DNA from: Squalus acanthias
Lineage: Eukaryota
NCBI GenBank assembly: GCA_030390025.1
Contig: CM059438.1
Span: 60,514,001 to 60,578,000 of the forward strand
Reading direction: 5' to 3'
Length of the DNA stretch: 64,000 nt
A program made the translations under genes and the position numbers. A model generated the notes under the pieces. The model searched no databases. It was not told the origin of the DNA and saw only the letters and a program-made list of their open reading frames with translations. The stretch's first letter is position 1. Each line of letters opens with the position of its first letter. Below are positions 50,301-64,000 of this stretch, piece after piece.

Positions 50301-53300
50301 AACACCAGGTAGTGTCCAACACCAAGTAGTGTCCAACACCAAGTAGTGTCCAACACCAAGTAGTGTCCAATACCAAGTAGTGCCCAACACCAAGTAGTGC
50401 CCAACACCAAGTAGTGCCCAACACCAAGTAGTGTTCAACACCAAGTAGTGCCCAACACCAAGTAGTGCCCAACACCAAGGAGTGTCCAACAGCAAGTAGT
50501 GTCCAACACCAAGTAGTGCCCAACACCAGGTAGTGTCCAACACCAGGTGGTGTCCAACACCAGGTAGTGTGCAACACCAAGTAGTGTGCAACACCAAGTA
50601 GTGTCCAACACCAAGGAGTGTCCAACACCAAGGAGTGTCCAACACCAAGCAGTGTCCAACACCAAGTAGTGTCCAACACCAAGTAGGGTCCAACACCAAG
50701 CAGTGTCGAACACCAAGCAGTGTCCAACTCCAAGTAGTGTCCAACACCAAGTAGTGCACAACACCAAGGAGTGTCCAACACCAAGTAGTGTCCAACACCA
50801 AGTAGTGTCCAAAACCAAGTAGAGTCCACCAACTAGGAGTGTCCAACAACAAGTAGTGTACAACACCAAGTAGTGTCCAACACCAAGGAGTGTCCAACAC
50901 CAAGTAGTGTCCAACACCAAGTAGTGTCCAAAACCAAGTAGTGTCCACCACCAAGGAGTGTCCAACACCAAGTAGTTTCCAACTCCAAGTAGTGTCCAAC
51001 ACCAAGTAATTTCCAACACCAAGTAATTTCCAAATCCAAGTAGTGTCCAACACCAAGTAGTTTCCAACTCCAACTACTGTCCAACACCAAGTAGTGCCCA
51101 CAGCAAGTACTGTCCAACACCAAGAAGTTTCGAACTCCAAGTAGTGACCAACACCAAGTAGTTTCCAAATCCAAGTAGTGTGCAAAACCAAGTAGTTTCC
51201 AACACCAAGTAGTGTCCAACACCAAGGAGTGTCCAACACCAAGGAGTGTCCAACTCCAAATAGTGTCCAACACCAAGGAGCTTCAAACTCCAAATAGTGT
51301 CCAACACCAAGGAGTGTCCAACACCAAGTAGTGTCCAACATCAAGGAGTGTCCAACACCAAGTAGTGTCCAACACCAAGTAGTGCCCAACACCAAGTACT
51401 GTCCAACACCAAGTAGTGCCCAACACCAAGAAGTGTCCAACACCAAGGAGTGTCCAACACCAAGTAGTGTCAAACGCCAAGTAGTGTCCAACACCAAGCA
51501 GTGTCCAATGCCAAGTAGTGTCCAACACCAAGGAGTGTCCAACACCAAGTAGTATCCAAAACCAAGGAGTGTCCAACACCAAGTAGTGTCCAATACCAAG
51601 GAGTGTCCAACACCAAGTAGTTTCCAACACCAAGTAGTGTCCAACAACAACTAATTTCCAACTCCAAGCAGTGTCCAAAACAAAGTCATGTCCAACGCCA
51701 AGTACTGCCCAAAAACAAGCAGCGTCCAACACCAAGGAGTGTCCAACACCAAGTAGTGTCCAACACCAAGTAGTGTCCAAAACCAAGTAGAGTCCACCAA
51801 CTAGGAGTGTCCAACAACAAGTAGTGTACAACACCAAGTAGTGTCCAACACCAAGGAGTGTCCAACACCAAGTAGTGTCCAACACCAAGTAGTGTCCAAA
51901 ACCAAGTAGTGTCCACCACCAAGGAGTGTCCAACACCAAGTAGTTTCCAACTCCAAGTAGTGTCCAACACCAAGTAATTTCCAACACCAAGTAATTTCCA
52001 AATCCAAGTAGTGTCCAACACCAAGTAGTTTCCAACTCCAACTACTGTCCAACACCAAGTAGTGCCCACAGCAAGTACTGTCCAACACCAAGAAGTTTCG
52101 AACTCCAAGTAGTGACCAACACCAAGTAGTTTCCAAATCCAAGTAGTGTGCAAAACCAAGTAGTTTCCAACACCAAGTAGTGTCCAACACCAAGGAGTGT
52201 CCAACACCAAGGAGTGTCCAACTCCAAATAGTGTCCAACACCAAGGAGCTTCAAACTCCAAATAGTGTCCAACACCAAGGAGTGTCCAACACCAAGTAGT
52301 GTCCAACATCAAGGAGTGTCCAACACCAAGTAGTGTCCAACACCAAGTAGTGCCCAACACCAAGTACTGTCCAACACCAAGTAGTGCCCAACACCAAGAA
52401 GTGTCCAACACCAAGGAGTGTCCAACACCAAGTAGTGTCAAACGCCAAGTAGTGTCCAACACCAAGCAGTGTCCAATGCCAAGTAGTGTCCAACACCAAG
52501 GAGTGTCCAACACCAAGTAGTATCCAAAACCAAGTCGTGTCCAACACCAAGGAGTTTCCAACACCAAGTAGTGTCCAACACCAAGTAGTTTCCAACTCCA
52601 AGTAGTGTCCAACACCAACTAGTTTCCAACTCCAAGGAGTGTCCAACACCAGCTCGTGTCCAACACCAATGAGTGTCCAACACCAAGTAGTTTGCAACTC
52701 CAAGTAGTGTCCAACACCAAGGAGTGTCCAACACCAAGTTGTGCCCAGCACCAATCAGTGTCCAACACCAAGCAGTTTCCAAATCCCAGGAGTTTTCAAC
52801 AGCAAGTAGTGTTCAACAACAAGCAGTGTCCAACACCAAGTACTGTCCAACACCAAGTTATGTCCAACATCAAGCAGTGTCCAACACCAACACGTGTCCA
52901 ACACCAAGTAGAGTCCAACAACAAGTAGTTTCCAACTCTAATTAGTGTCCAACACCAAGTAGTGTCCTACACCAAGTAGTGTCCAACACCAAGTTATGTC
53001 CATCACCAAGCAGTGTCCAACAACAAGACGTTTCCAACTCCAAGAAGTGTCCAACACCAAGTAGTGTCCAATACCAATTAGTTTCCAACTCCACGTAGTG
53101 TCCAACACCAAGTAGTTTCCAAATCCAAGCAGTGTCCAACACCAAGTAGTTTCCAACTCCAAGGAGTGTTCAACACCAAGTAGCGTCCAACACCAAGTAG
53201 TGTCCAACACCAAGTTGTGCACAACACCAATCAGTGTCCAACACCAAGCAGTTTCCAAATCCCAGGAGTTTTCAACAGCAAGTAGTGTTCAACAACAAGT

Positions 53301-56300
53301 AGTGTCCAACACCAAGTAGTGTCCAACACCAAGTTATGTCCAACATCAAGCAGTGTCCAACACCAACTCGTGTCCAACACCAAGGAGTGTCCAACACCAA
53401 GTAGAGTCCAACACCAAGTAGAGTCCAACAACAAGTAGTTTCCAACTCCAATTAGTGACCAACACCAAGGAGTGTCCAAATCCAAGTACTGTCCAACACC
53501 AAGTAGTTTCGAACTCCACGTAGTGTCCAACACCAAGTTGTTTACAAATCTCAGATGTGTTCAACACCAAGTAGTGTCCAACACCAAGTTATGTCCAACA
53601 CCAAGCAGTGTACAACAACAAGACGTTTCCAACTCCAAGAAGTGTTCAACACCAAGTAGTGTCCAACACCAAGTAGTGTCCAATACCAATTAGTTTCCAA
53701 CTCCACGTAGTGTCCAACACCAAGTAGTTTCCAAATCTCAGGTGTGTTCAACACTAAGTAGTGTCCAAAACTAAGGAGTGTTCAACACCAAGTAGTGTCC
53801 AACACCAAGTAGTGTCCAACACCAAGTAGTGTTCAACACCAAGTGGTGCCCAACACCAAGTAATGTTCAACACCAAGCAGTGTCCAACAACAAGACATTT
53901 CCAACTCGAAGAAGTGTTCCACACCAAGCAGTGTCCAACACCAAGTAGTGTCCAATACCAATTAGTTTCCAAATCCACGTAATGTCCAACACCAAGTAGT
54001 TTCCAACACGAAGTTGTGCCCAACATCAAGCAGTGTCCAACAGAAAGTAGTTTCCAAATCCAAGGAGTTTTCAACAGCAAGTAGTGTCCAACACCAAGTA
54101 GTGTCCAACACCAAGTAGTGTCCAACACCAAGTAGTGTCCAACACCAAGCAGTGTCCAACTCCAAGTAGTGTCCAACACCAAGTTATGTCCAACACCAAG
54201 CAGTGTTCAACACCAAGTAGTATCCAAAACCAAGGAGTGTTCAACACCAAGTAGTGTCCAACACCAAGTAGTATCCAACACCAAGTAGTGGACAACACCA
54301 AGTAGTGACCAACACCAAGTAGTGTACAACACCAAGTAGTGACCAACACCAAGTAGTGGCCAACACCAAGTAGTGTCCAACATCAAGTAGTGTCCAACAC
54401 CAAGTAGTTTCCAAATCCAAGTAGTGTCCAAGACCAAGGAGTGTCCAACATCAAGGTGTTTCCAACACCAAGTAATGTCCTACAACAAGAAGTGTCCAAC
54501 AACAAGGAGTGTCCAACACCAAGTAGTGCCCAACACCAAGTAGTGTCCAACACCAAGTAGTGCCCAACAACAAGTAGTGTCCAACACCAAGTAGTTTCCA
54601 AATCCAAGTAGTGTCCAACACCAACTCGTGTCCAACACCAAGGAGTTTCCAACACCAAGTAGTGTCCAACACCAAGTAGTGCCCAACACCAAGTACTGTC
54701 CAACACCAAGTAGTGCCCAACACCAAGTAGTGTCCAACACCAAGGAGTGTCCAACACCAAGTAGTGCCCAACTGCAAGTACTGTCCAACACCAAGTAGTG
54801 TCCAACGCCAAGTAGTGTCCAACACCAAGCAGTGTCGAATGCCAAGTAGTGTCCAACATCAAGGAGTGTCCAACACCAAGTAGTATCCAAAACCAAGGAG
54901 TGTCCAACACCAAGTAGTGTCCAATACCAAGGAGTGTCCAACACCAAGTAGTTTCCAACACCAAGTAGTGTCCAACAGCAACTAATTTCCAACTCCAAGC
55001 AGTGTCCAAAACCAAGTCATGTCCAACGCCAAGTACTGCCCAAAAACAAGCAGCGTCCAACATCAAGTAGTTTCCAACTCCAAGTAGTGATCAACTCCAA
55101 GTAGTTTCCAATGCCAAGTCGTGTCCAACACCAAATAGTTTCCAACTCCAAGTAGTGTCCAACACCAACTAGTTTCCAACTCCAAGGAGTGTCCAACACC
55201 AGCTCGTGTCCAACACCAATGAGTGTCCAACACCAAGTCCTGTACAACAATAAGTAGTTGCCAAATCCAAGTAGTGCCCAACTCCAAGTAGTTTCCAACT
55301 CCAAGTAGTGTCCAACACCAAGGAGTTTCAAACTCTAAGTAGTGTCAAACACCAAGGAGTGTCCAACACCAAGTAGCGTCCAACACCAAGGAGTGTCCAA
55401 CACCAAGTAGTTTCCAAATCCAAGTAGTGTCCAACACCAAGTAGTGTCCAACACCAAGTCGTGTCCGACACCAAGTAGTGCCCAACAGCAAGTAGTGTCT
55501 AACACCAAGTAGTGCCCAACAACAAATAGTGACCAACACCAAGTAATGTCCAACACCAAGTAGTTTCCAACTCCAAGTAGTCTCCAACTGCAAGTAGTGT
55601 CCAACACCAAGTAGTGTCCAACACCAAGTAGTGTCCAATACCAATTAGTTTCCAACTCCACGTACTGTCCAACACCAAGTAGTTTCCAAATACAAGCAGT
55701 GTCCAACACCAAGTAGTTTCCAACTCCAAGGAGTGTTCAACACCAAGTAGAGTCCAACACCAAGTAGTGTCCAACACCAAATTGTGCCCAACACCAATCA
55801 GTGTCCAACACCAAGCAGTTTCCAAATCCCAGGAGTTTTCAACAGCAAGTAGTGTTCAACAACAAGTAGTGTCCAACACCAAGTAGTGTCCAACACCAAG
55901 TTATGTCCAACATCAAGCAGTGTCCAACACCAACTCGTGTCCAACACCAAGGAGTGTCCAACACCAAGTAGAGTCCAACAACAAGTAGTTTCCAACTCCA
56001 ATTAGTGTCCAAAACCAAGGAGTGTCCAACACCAAGTACAGTCCAACAACAAGTAGTTTCCAACTCCAAGTAGTGTCCAACACCAAGTAGTCTCCTATAC
56101 CAAGGAGTGTCCAACACCAAGTAGTTTCCAACTCCAAGTAGTGTTCAACACCAAGTAATGTCCAACACCAAGTAGTTTCGAACTCCACGTAGTGTCCAAC
56201 ACCAAGTAGTGTCCTACACCAAGTAGTGTCCAACACCAAGTTATGTCCAACACCAAGCAGTGTCCAACAACAAGACGTTTCCAACTCCAAGAAGTGTCCA

Positions 56301-59300
56301 ACACCAAGTAGTGTCCAATACCAATTAGTTTCCAACTCCACGTAGTGTCCAACACCAAGTAGTTTCCAAATCCAAGCAGTGTCCAACACCAAGTAGTTTC
56401 CAACACCAAGGAGTTTCCAACACCAAGTAGTGTCCAACATCAAGTAGTTTCCAACTCCAAGTAGTGATCAACTCCAAGTAGTTTCCAACTCCAAGTCGTG
56501 TCCAACACCAATGAGTTTCTAACTCCAAGGAGTGTCCAACACCAGCTCGTGTCCAACACCAATGTGTTTCCAACACAAAGTAGTTTCCAATTCCAAGTAG
56601 TGTCCAACACCAAGGAGTGTCCAACACCAAGTCCTGTCCAACAATAAGTAGTTGCCAAATCCAAGTAGTGTCCAACTCCAAGTAGTGTCCAACACCAAGT
56701 AGCATCCAACACCAAGGAGTGTCCAACACCAAGTAGTTTCCAACTCCACGTAGTGTCCAACACCAAGTTGTTTCCAAATCTCAGGTGTGTTCAACACCAA
56801 GAAGTGTCCAACACTAAGGAGTGTTCAACACCAAGTAGTGTCCAACACCAAGTAGTGTCCAACACCAAGTAGTGTCCAACACCAAGTAGTGTCCAACACC
56901 AAGTTATGTCCAACACCAAGCAGTGTCCAAGAACAAGATGTTTCAAACTCCAAGGAGTGTTGAACACCAAGTGGTGTCCAACACAAAGTAGTGTCCAACA
57001 CCAAGTAGTGTCCAACACCAAGTAGTTTCCAACTCCAAGTAGTGTCCAACACCAACTCGTGTCCAACACCAAGTAGTGTCCAACACCAAGTAGTTTCCAA
57101 CTCCAAGTAGTGTCCAACACCAACTCGTGTCCAACACCAAGTAGTGTCCAACACCAAGGAGTTTCCAACTCCAAGTACTGTCCAACACCAAGTGGTGCCC
57201 AACAGCAAGTAGTGTCCAACACCAAGTGGTTTCCAACTCCAAGTAGTGTCCAACACCAAGTAGTTTCCAACACCAAGATGTGCCCAACACCAAGTAGTGT
57301 CCAACACAAAGTAGTGTCCAACACAAAGTAGTGTCCAACTCCAAGTAGTGTCCAAGTCCAAGTAGAGTCCAACTCCAAGTAGTGTCCAACACCAAGTACT
57401 GCCCAACATAAAGTAGTGCCCAACACCAAGTAGTGTCCAACATCAAGTAGTGTCCAACACCAAGTAGTGTCCAACACCAAGTAGTGTCCAACACCAGGTA
57501 GTGCCCAACACCAAGTAGTGCCCAACACCAAGTAATGCCCAACACCAAGTAGTGTCCAACACGAAATAGTGCCCAACACCAAGTAGTGTCCAACACCAAG
57601 TAGTGTCCAACACCAAGGAGTGCCCACCACCAAGCAGTGTCCAACACCAAGGAGTGTCCAACAACAAGTAGTGTCCAACACCAGGTAGGGGCCAACACCA
57701 GGTAGTGTCGAACACCAAGTAGTGTCCAATACCAAGTAGTGTCCAACAGCAAGTAGTGTCCAACACCAAGTAGTGTCCAACAACAAGTAGTGTCCAACAA
57801 CAAGTAGTGCCCAACACCAGGTAGTGTCTAACACCAGGTAGTGTCCAACACCAATTAGTGTCCAACACCAAGTAGTGTCAAACACCAAGGAGTGTCAAAC
57901 ACCAAGTAGTGTCCAACACCAAGTAGTGTCCAACACCAAGTAGTGTCCAATACCAATTAGTTTCCAACTCCACGTACTGTCCAACACCAAGTAGTTTCCA
58001 AATACAAGCAGTGTCCAACACCAAGTAGTTTCCAACTCCAAGGAGTGTTCAACACCAAGTAGAGTCCAACACCAAGTAGTGTCCAACACCAAATTGTGCC
58101 CAACACCAATCAGTGTCCAACACCAAGCAGTTTCCAAATCCCAGGAGTTTTCAACAGCAAGTAGTGTTCAACAACAAGTAGTGTCCAACACCAAGTAGTG
58201 TCCAACACCAAGTTATGTCCAACATCAAGCAGTGTCCAACACCAACTCGTGTCCAACACCAAGGAGTGTCCAACACCAAGTAGAGTCCAACAACAAGTAG
58301 TTTCCAACTCCAATTAGTGTCCAAAACCAAGGAGTGTCCAACACCAAGTACAGTCCAACAACAAGTAGTTTCCAACTCCAAGTAGTGTCCAACACCAAGT
58401 AGTCTCCTATACCAAGGAGTGTCCAACACCAAGTAGTTTCCAACTCCAAGTAGTGTTCAACACCAAGTAATGTCCAACACCAAGTAGTTTCGAACTCCAC
58501 GTAGTGTCCAACACCAAGTAGTGTCCTACACCAAGTAGTGTCCAACACCAAGTTATGTCCAACACCAAGCAGTGTCCAACAACAAGACGTTTCCAACTCC
58601 AAGAAGTGTCCAACACCAAGTAGTGTCCAATACCAATTAGTTTCCAACTCCACGTAGTGTCCAACACCAAGTAGTTTCCAAATCCAAGCAGTGTCCAACA
58701 CCAAGTAGTTTCCAACACCAAGGAGTTTCCAACACCAAGTAGTGTCCAACATCAAGTAGTTTCCAACTCCAAGTAGTGATCAACTCCAAGTAGTTTCCAA
58801 CTCCAAGTCGTGTCCAACACCAATGAGTTTCTAACTCCAAGGAGTGTCCAACACCAGCTCGTGTCCAACACCAATGTGTTTCCAACACAAAGTAGTTTCC
58901 AATTCCAAGTAGTGTCCAACACCAAGGAGTGTCCAACACCAAGTCCTGTCCAACAATAAGTAGTTGCCAAATCCAAGTAGTGTCCAACTCCAAGTAGTGT
59001 CCAACACCAAGTAGCATCCAACACCAAGGAGTGTCCAACACCAAGTAGTTTCCAACTCCACGTAGTGTCCAACACCAAGTTGTTTCCAAATCTCAGGTGT
59101 GTTCAACACCAAGAAGTGTCCAACACTAAGGAGTGTTCAACACCAAGTAGTGTCCAACACCAAGTAGTGTCCAACACCAAGTAGTGTCCAACACCAAGTA
59201 GTGTCCAACACCAAGTTATGTCCAACACCAAGCAGTGTCCAAGAACAAGATGTTTCAAACTCCAAGGAGTGTTGAACACCAAGTGGTGTCCAACACAAAG

Positions 59301-62300
59301 TAGTGTCCAACACCAAGTAGTGTCCAACACCAAGTAGTTTCCAACTCCAAGTAGTGTCCAACACCAACTCGTGTCCAACACCAAGTAGTGTCCAACACCA
59401 AGTAGTTTCCAACTCCAAGTAGTGTCCAACACCAACTCGTGTCCAACACCAAGTAGTGTCCAACACCAAGGAGTTTCCAACTCCAAGTACTGTCCAACAC
59501 CAAGTGGTGCCCAACAGCAAGTAGTGTCCAACACCAAGTGGTTTCCAACTCCAAGTAGTGTCCAACACCAAGTAGTTTCCAACACCAAGATGTGCCCAAC
59601 ACCAAGTAGTGTCCAACACAAAGTAGTGTCCAACACAAAGTAGTGTCCAACTCCAAGTAGTGTCCAAGTCCAAGTAGAGTCCAACTCCAAGTAGTGTCCA
59701 ACACCAAGTACTGCCCAACATAAAGTAGTGCCCAACACCAAGTAGTGTCCAACATCAAGTAGTGTCCAACACCAAGTAGTGTCCAACACCAAGTAGTGTC
59801 CAACACCAGGTAGTGCCCAACACCAAGTAGTGCCCAACACCAAGTAATGCCCAACACCAAGTAGTGTCCAACACGAAATAGTGCCCAACACCAAGTAGTG
59901 TCCAACACCAAGTAGTGTCCAACACCAAGGAGTGCCCACCACCAAGCAGTGTCCAACACCAAGGAGTGTCCAACAACAAGTAGTGTCCAACACCAGGTAG
60001 GGGCCAACACCAGGTAGTGTCGAACACCAAGTAGTGTCCAATACCAAGTAGTGTCCAACAGCAAGTAGTGTCCAACACCAAGTAGTGTCCAACAACAAGT
60101 AGTGTCCAACAACAAGTAGTGCCCAACACCAGGTAGTGTCTAACACCAGGTAGTGTCCAACACCAATTAGTGTCCAACACCAAGTAGTGTCAAACACCAA
60201 GGAGTGTCAAACACCAAGTAGTGTCCAACAACAAGTAGTGTCCAACAACAAGTAGTGCCCAACACCAGGTAGTGTCTAACACCAGCTAGTGTCCAACACC
60301 AAGTAGTGTCCAACACCAGGTAGTGTCCAACACCAAGGCGTGTCCAACACCAAGTAGTGTCCAACACCAAGTAGTGTCAAACACCAAGGAGTGTCAAACA
60401 CCCAAGCAGTCTCCAATACCAAGTAGTGACCAACAGCAAGTAGTGTCCAACACCCAGTAGTGTCCAACACCAAGCAGTGTCCAACACCAGGTACTGTAAA
60501 CACCAAGTAGTGTCCAACACCAAGGAGCGTCCAACACAAAGTAGATTCCAAATCCAAGTACTGTCCAACACCAAGTAGTTTCCAACTCCATGTAGTGTCC
60601 AATACCAAGGAGTGTCCAACAACAAGTAGTGTCCAACACCAAGGAGTGTCCAACACCAAGTAGATTCCAACTCCAAGGAGTGTCCAACACCAAGGAGTGT
60701 CCAACACCAAGTAGATTCCAACTCCAAGTACTGTCCAACACCAAGTCGTGTCCAACACCAAGGAGAGTCCAACACCAAGTAGATTCCAAATCCAAATACG
60801 ATCCAACACCAAGTAGTTTCCAACTCCAAGTAGTGTCCAACACCAAGGAGTGTCCAACACGAAGTATTGTCCAACACAAAGGAGTGTCCAACACCAAGGA
60901 GTGTCCAACACCAAGTAGTGTCCAACACCAAGTAGTGTCCAACTCCAATTAGTGTCCAACACCAAGTAGTTTCCAACTCCAAGAACTGTCCAACACCAAG
61001 TCGTGTCCAACAACAAGGAGTGTCCAACACCAAGCAGTGTCCAACACCAAGTTGTGTCCAACAACAAGTAGTTTCCAACTCCAAGTAGTGTCCAACACCA
61101 AGGAGTGTCCAACACCAAGTACTGTCCAAGAACAAGTAGTTTCCAAATCCAAGTAGTGTCCAACACCAAGTAGTGTCCAATACCAAGTGGTTTCCAACTC
61201 CAAGTAGTGTCCAACACCATGGAGTGTCCAACAGCAAGTAGTGTCCAACATCAAGGAGTGTCCAACACCAAGGAGTGTCCAACACCAAGTAGTTTCCTAC
61301 TCCATGTAGTGCCCAACACCAAGTAGTTTCCAACTCCATGTAGTGTCCAACACCAAGGAGTGTCCAACACCAAGGAGTGTCCAACACCAAATTAACAACA
61401 GAAAACGCTGGAAAAACTCAGCAGGCCAGGCAGCATCCGTGGAGAGAGAAAGAGAGTTAACGTTCCAGTTCGATGACCTTTCATCAGAACTCAGTTCTTC
61501 GACCTGAAACGTTAACTCTCTTTCTCTCTCCAAGGATGCTGCCTGGCCTGCTGAGTTTTTCCAGCGTTTTCTGTTGTTATTTCGGATTTCAGGCATCCGC
61601 AGTATTTTGCTATCGTATTAGTGTCCAACACCAAGTAGTTTCCAAATCCAAGTACTGTCCAACACCAAGTAGCGTCCAACACCAAGGTGTGTCCAACACC
61701 AAGTAGCGTCCAACACCAAGGAGTGTCCAACACCAAGGAGTGTCCAACACCAAGTAGTTTCCAAATCCAAGCAGTGTCCAACACCAGGGAGTGTCCTACA
61801 CCAAGGAGTGTCCAACACCAAGTAGTTTCCAACTCCATGTAGTGTCCAACACCAAGGAGTGTCCAACACCAAGTACTGTCCAACACCAAGTAGCGTCCAA
61901 CACCAAGGTGTGTCCAACACCAAGTAGTGTCCAACACCAAGTACTTTCCAACTCCAAGGAGTGTTCAACACCAAGTAGCGTCCAACACCAAGTAGTGTCC
62001 AACACCAAGTAGTGCCCAACACCAAGTAGTGTCCAACAACAATTAGTTTCCAAATCCCAGGGGTGTTCAACACCAAGTAGTGTCCAACACCAAGTAGCGT
62101 CCAACACCAAGTTATGTCCAACACCAAACACTGTACAACACCAAGTCGTTTCCAACTCCAAGGAGTGTTCAACACCAAGTAGTGTCCAACACCAAGTAGT
62201 GTCCAACACCAAGTAGTGTCCAACACCAAGTAGTGTCCAACACCAAGTAGTGTGCAACACCAAGGAGTGTCCAACACCAAGTAGTTTCCAACTCCAAGTA

Positions 62301-64000
62301 CTGTCCAAATCCAAGCAGTGTCCAACACCAAGTAGTTTCCATCTCCAAGGACTGTTCAACATCAAGTAGCGTCCAACACCAAGGAGTGTCCAACACCAAA
62401 TAGTTTCCAAATCCCAGGAGTGTTCAACACCAAGTAGTGTCCAACACTCAGTTGTTTCCAACTCCAAGGAGTGTTCAACACCAAGTAGTGTCCAACACCA
62501 AGTAGTGTCCAACTCCAAGTAGTGTCCAACACCAAGTAGTGTCCAACACCAAGTAGTGTGCAACACCAAGGAGTGTCCAACACCAAGTAGTGTCCAACAC
62601 CAAGCAGTGCCCAACACCAGGTAGTGTCCAGCACCAGGTAGTGTCCAACACCAAGTAGTGTCCAATACCAAGTAGTGTCCAATACCAAGTAGTGTCTAAC
62701 ACCAAGTAGTGTCTAACACCAAGTAGTGTACAACACCAAGGAGTGTCCAACACCAAGGAGTGTCAAACACCCAAGGAGTGTTCAACACCAAGTAGTGTTC
62801 AACACCAAGGAGTGTTCAACACAAAGTAGTGTCCAACACCAAGTAGTGTGCAACACCAAGTAGTGTCCAACACCAAGGAGTTGCAACACCAAGTAGTTTC
62901 CAATTCCAAGTAGTGTCCAACACCAAGTAGTGTCCAACACCAAGTAGTGTCCAACACCAAGGAGTGTCCAACACCAAGGAGTGTCCAACACCAAGGAGTG
63001 TCCAACACCAAGGAGTGTCCAACACCAAGGAGTGTCCAGCACCCAGGAGTGTCCAACACCAAGTAGTGTCCAACACCAAGTAGTGTCCAACACCAAGGGG
63101 AGCCAAACACCAAGGAGTGTCCAACACCAAGTAGTGTCCAACACCAAGTAGTGTCCAACACCAAGAAATGTCCAACACCAAGTAGTGTCCAACACCAAGC
63201 AGTGTCCAACACCAAGTAGTGTCCAACACCAAGTGGTATCCAACACCAAGTGGTATCCAACATGACGTACTATCTAACCTATAGTAGTCTCCAACATAAA
63301 GTAGTATCCAACATAAAAAATTATCCAACATAAAGTGGTATCCAACATAATGTAATATCCAACATAATGCAGCATCCAACACGTAGAAGTATCCAACATA
63401 ACTTCGTATCAAACATAAAGTAGTATCCAACACAAAGTAACATGGAAAATAAAGTTGTGTCCAACATGAAGCAGCATCCAACATAACTTCGTATCGAACA
63501 TAAAGTAGTATCCAACATAAATTCGCATCCAACATAACTTATTATCCAACATAAAGTAGTATCCATCATAAAGTAGTATCCAACATAATGTAGTTTCCAA
63601 CACGAAGTAGTATCCAACATCACTTCGTATCGAACAGAAAGTAATATCCACCATAAAATAGATTCCAACATAGCTTATTATCCAAAAGAATGTCGTATTC
63701 AACAAAAAGTAGTATCGAACATAAAGTAGTGTCCAACATAAATTAGCATCCAACATGACTTATTATCGCACATAAATTACTATCCAACATAAAGGAGTAT
63801 CCAGCTCAAAGTAGTATCCAACATAAAGTAGTATCCAAAATAAAGTAGTATCCAAAATAAAGTAGTCTCCAACCACAATTAGTATCTAACATAAAGTAGT
63901 TTCCAACATAAAGTAGTATCCAACCTCAATTAGTATCCAACATAAAGTAGTATCCAACATAAAGTAATATCCAACATAAAGTAGTATCCAACATAAAGTA
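35350..64000. repeat. 17-bp satellite array (consensus gtgtccaacaccaagta), ~28.6 kb, runs off the window
   Basis: Tandem units visible throughout; margins shift to the variant gtatccaacataaagta. Confidence 0.99.
61391..61619. mobile_element. Penelope-like element end in inverted (fold-back) arrangement, inserted in the satellite
   Basis: ~81-bp arms at 61393-61473 and 61499-61579; hammerhead-like pieces ctgatga (minus strand, 61481-61487) and gacctgaaacgtt (plus strand). Confidence 0.75.

Noticed and set aside
35320..63756. Numerous long minus-strand ORFs (up to 596 aa, VLDTTWCWTLLGVGHYL repeats)
   Set aside because: The 17-bp unit lacks stops on the minus strand, so all three frames give the same 17-aa repeat; this is a satellite artefact.

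Overview
Repeat-dense vertebrate genomic DNA, most likely from a cartilaginous fish (shark). This is inferred from the repeat families: CR1 LINEs ending in (TTCTATGA)n, SacSINE1/DeuSINE-like SINEs and shark-type Penelope ends. The first ~23 kb is a nested mosaic of CR1, L2, RTE and other LINE fragments, SINEs, Harbinger-like and hAT-like MITEs, and 27-bp and 23-bp minisatellites. It is followed by a 5.4-kb 22-bp minisatellite and one intact host gene, a single-coding-exon RING + C-terminal TM ubiquitin ligase (29636-30175). The standout feature is a 5'-truncated endogenous retrovirus-like element (~30866-35330). It has an open integrase, a decayed but reconstructable ~820-codon env, a PPT and a probable 3' LTR. 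The env shows a signal peptide, a putative Ig-like domain, a furin site RRRR/GLINDG, heptad repeats, an F-protein-type Cys-rich region and a TM segment, resembling lokiretrovirus or env-bearing Ty3/Gypsy elements. The element lies in the diverged margin of a ~28.6-kb 17-bp satellite that fills the rest of the window and has kb-scale higher-order duplications. Family assignments come from motif recognition only; no searches were run.
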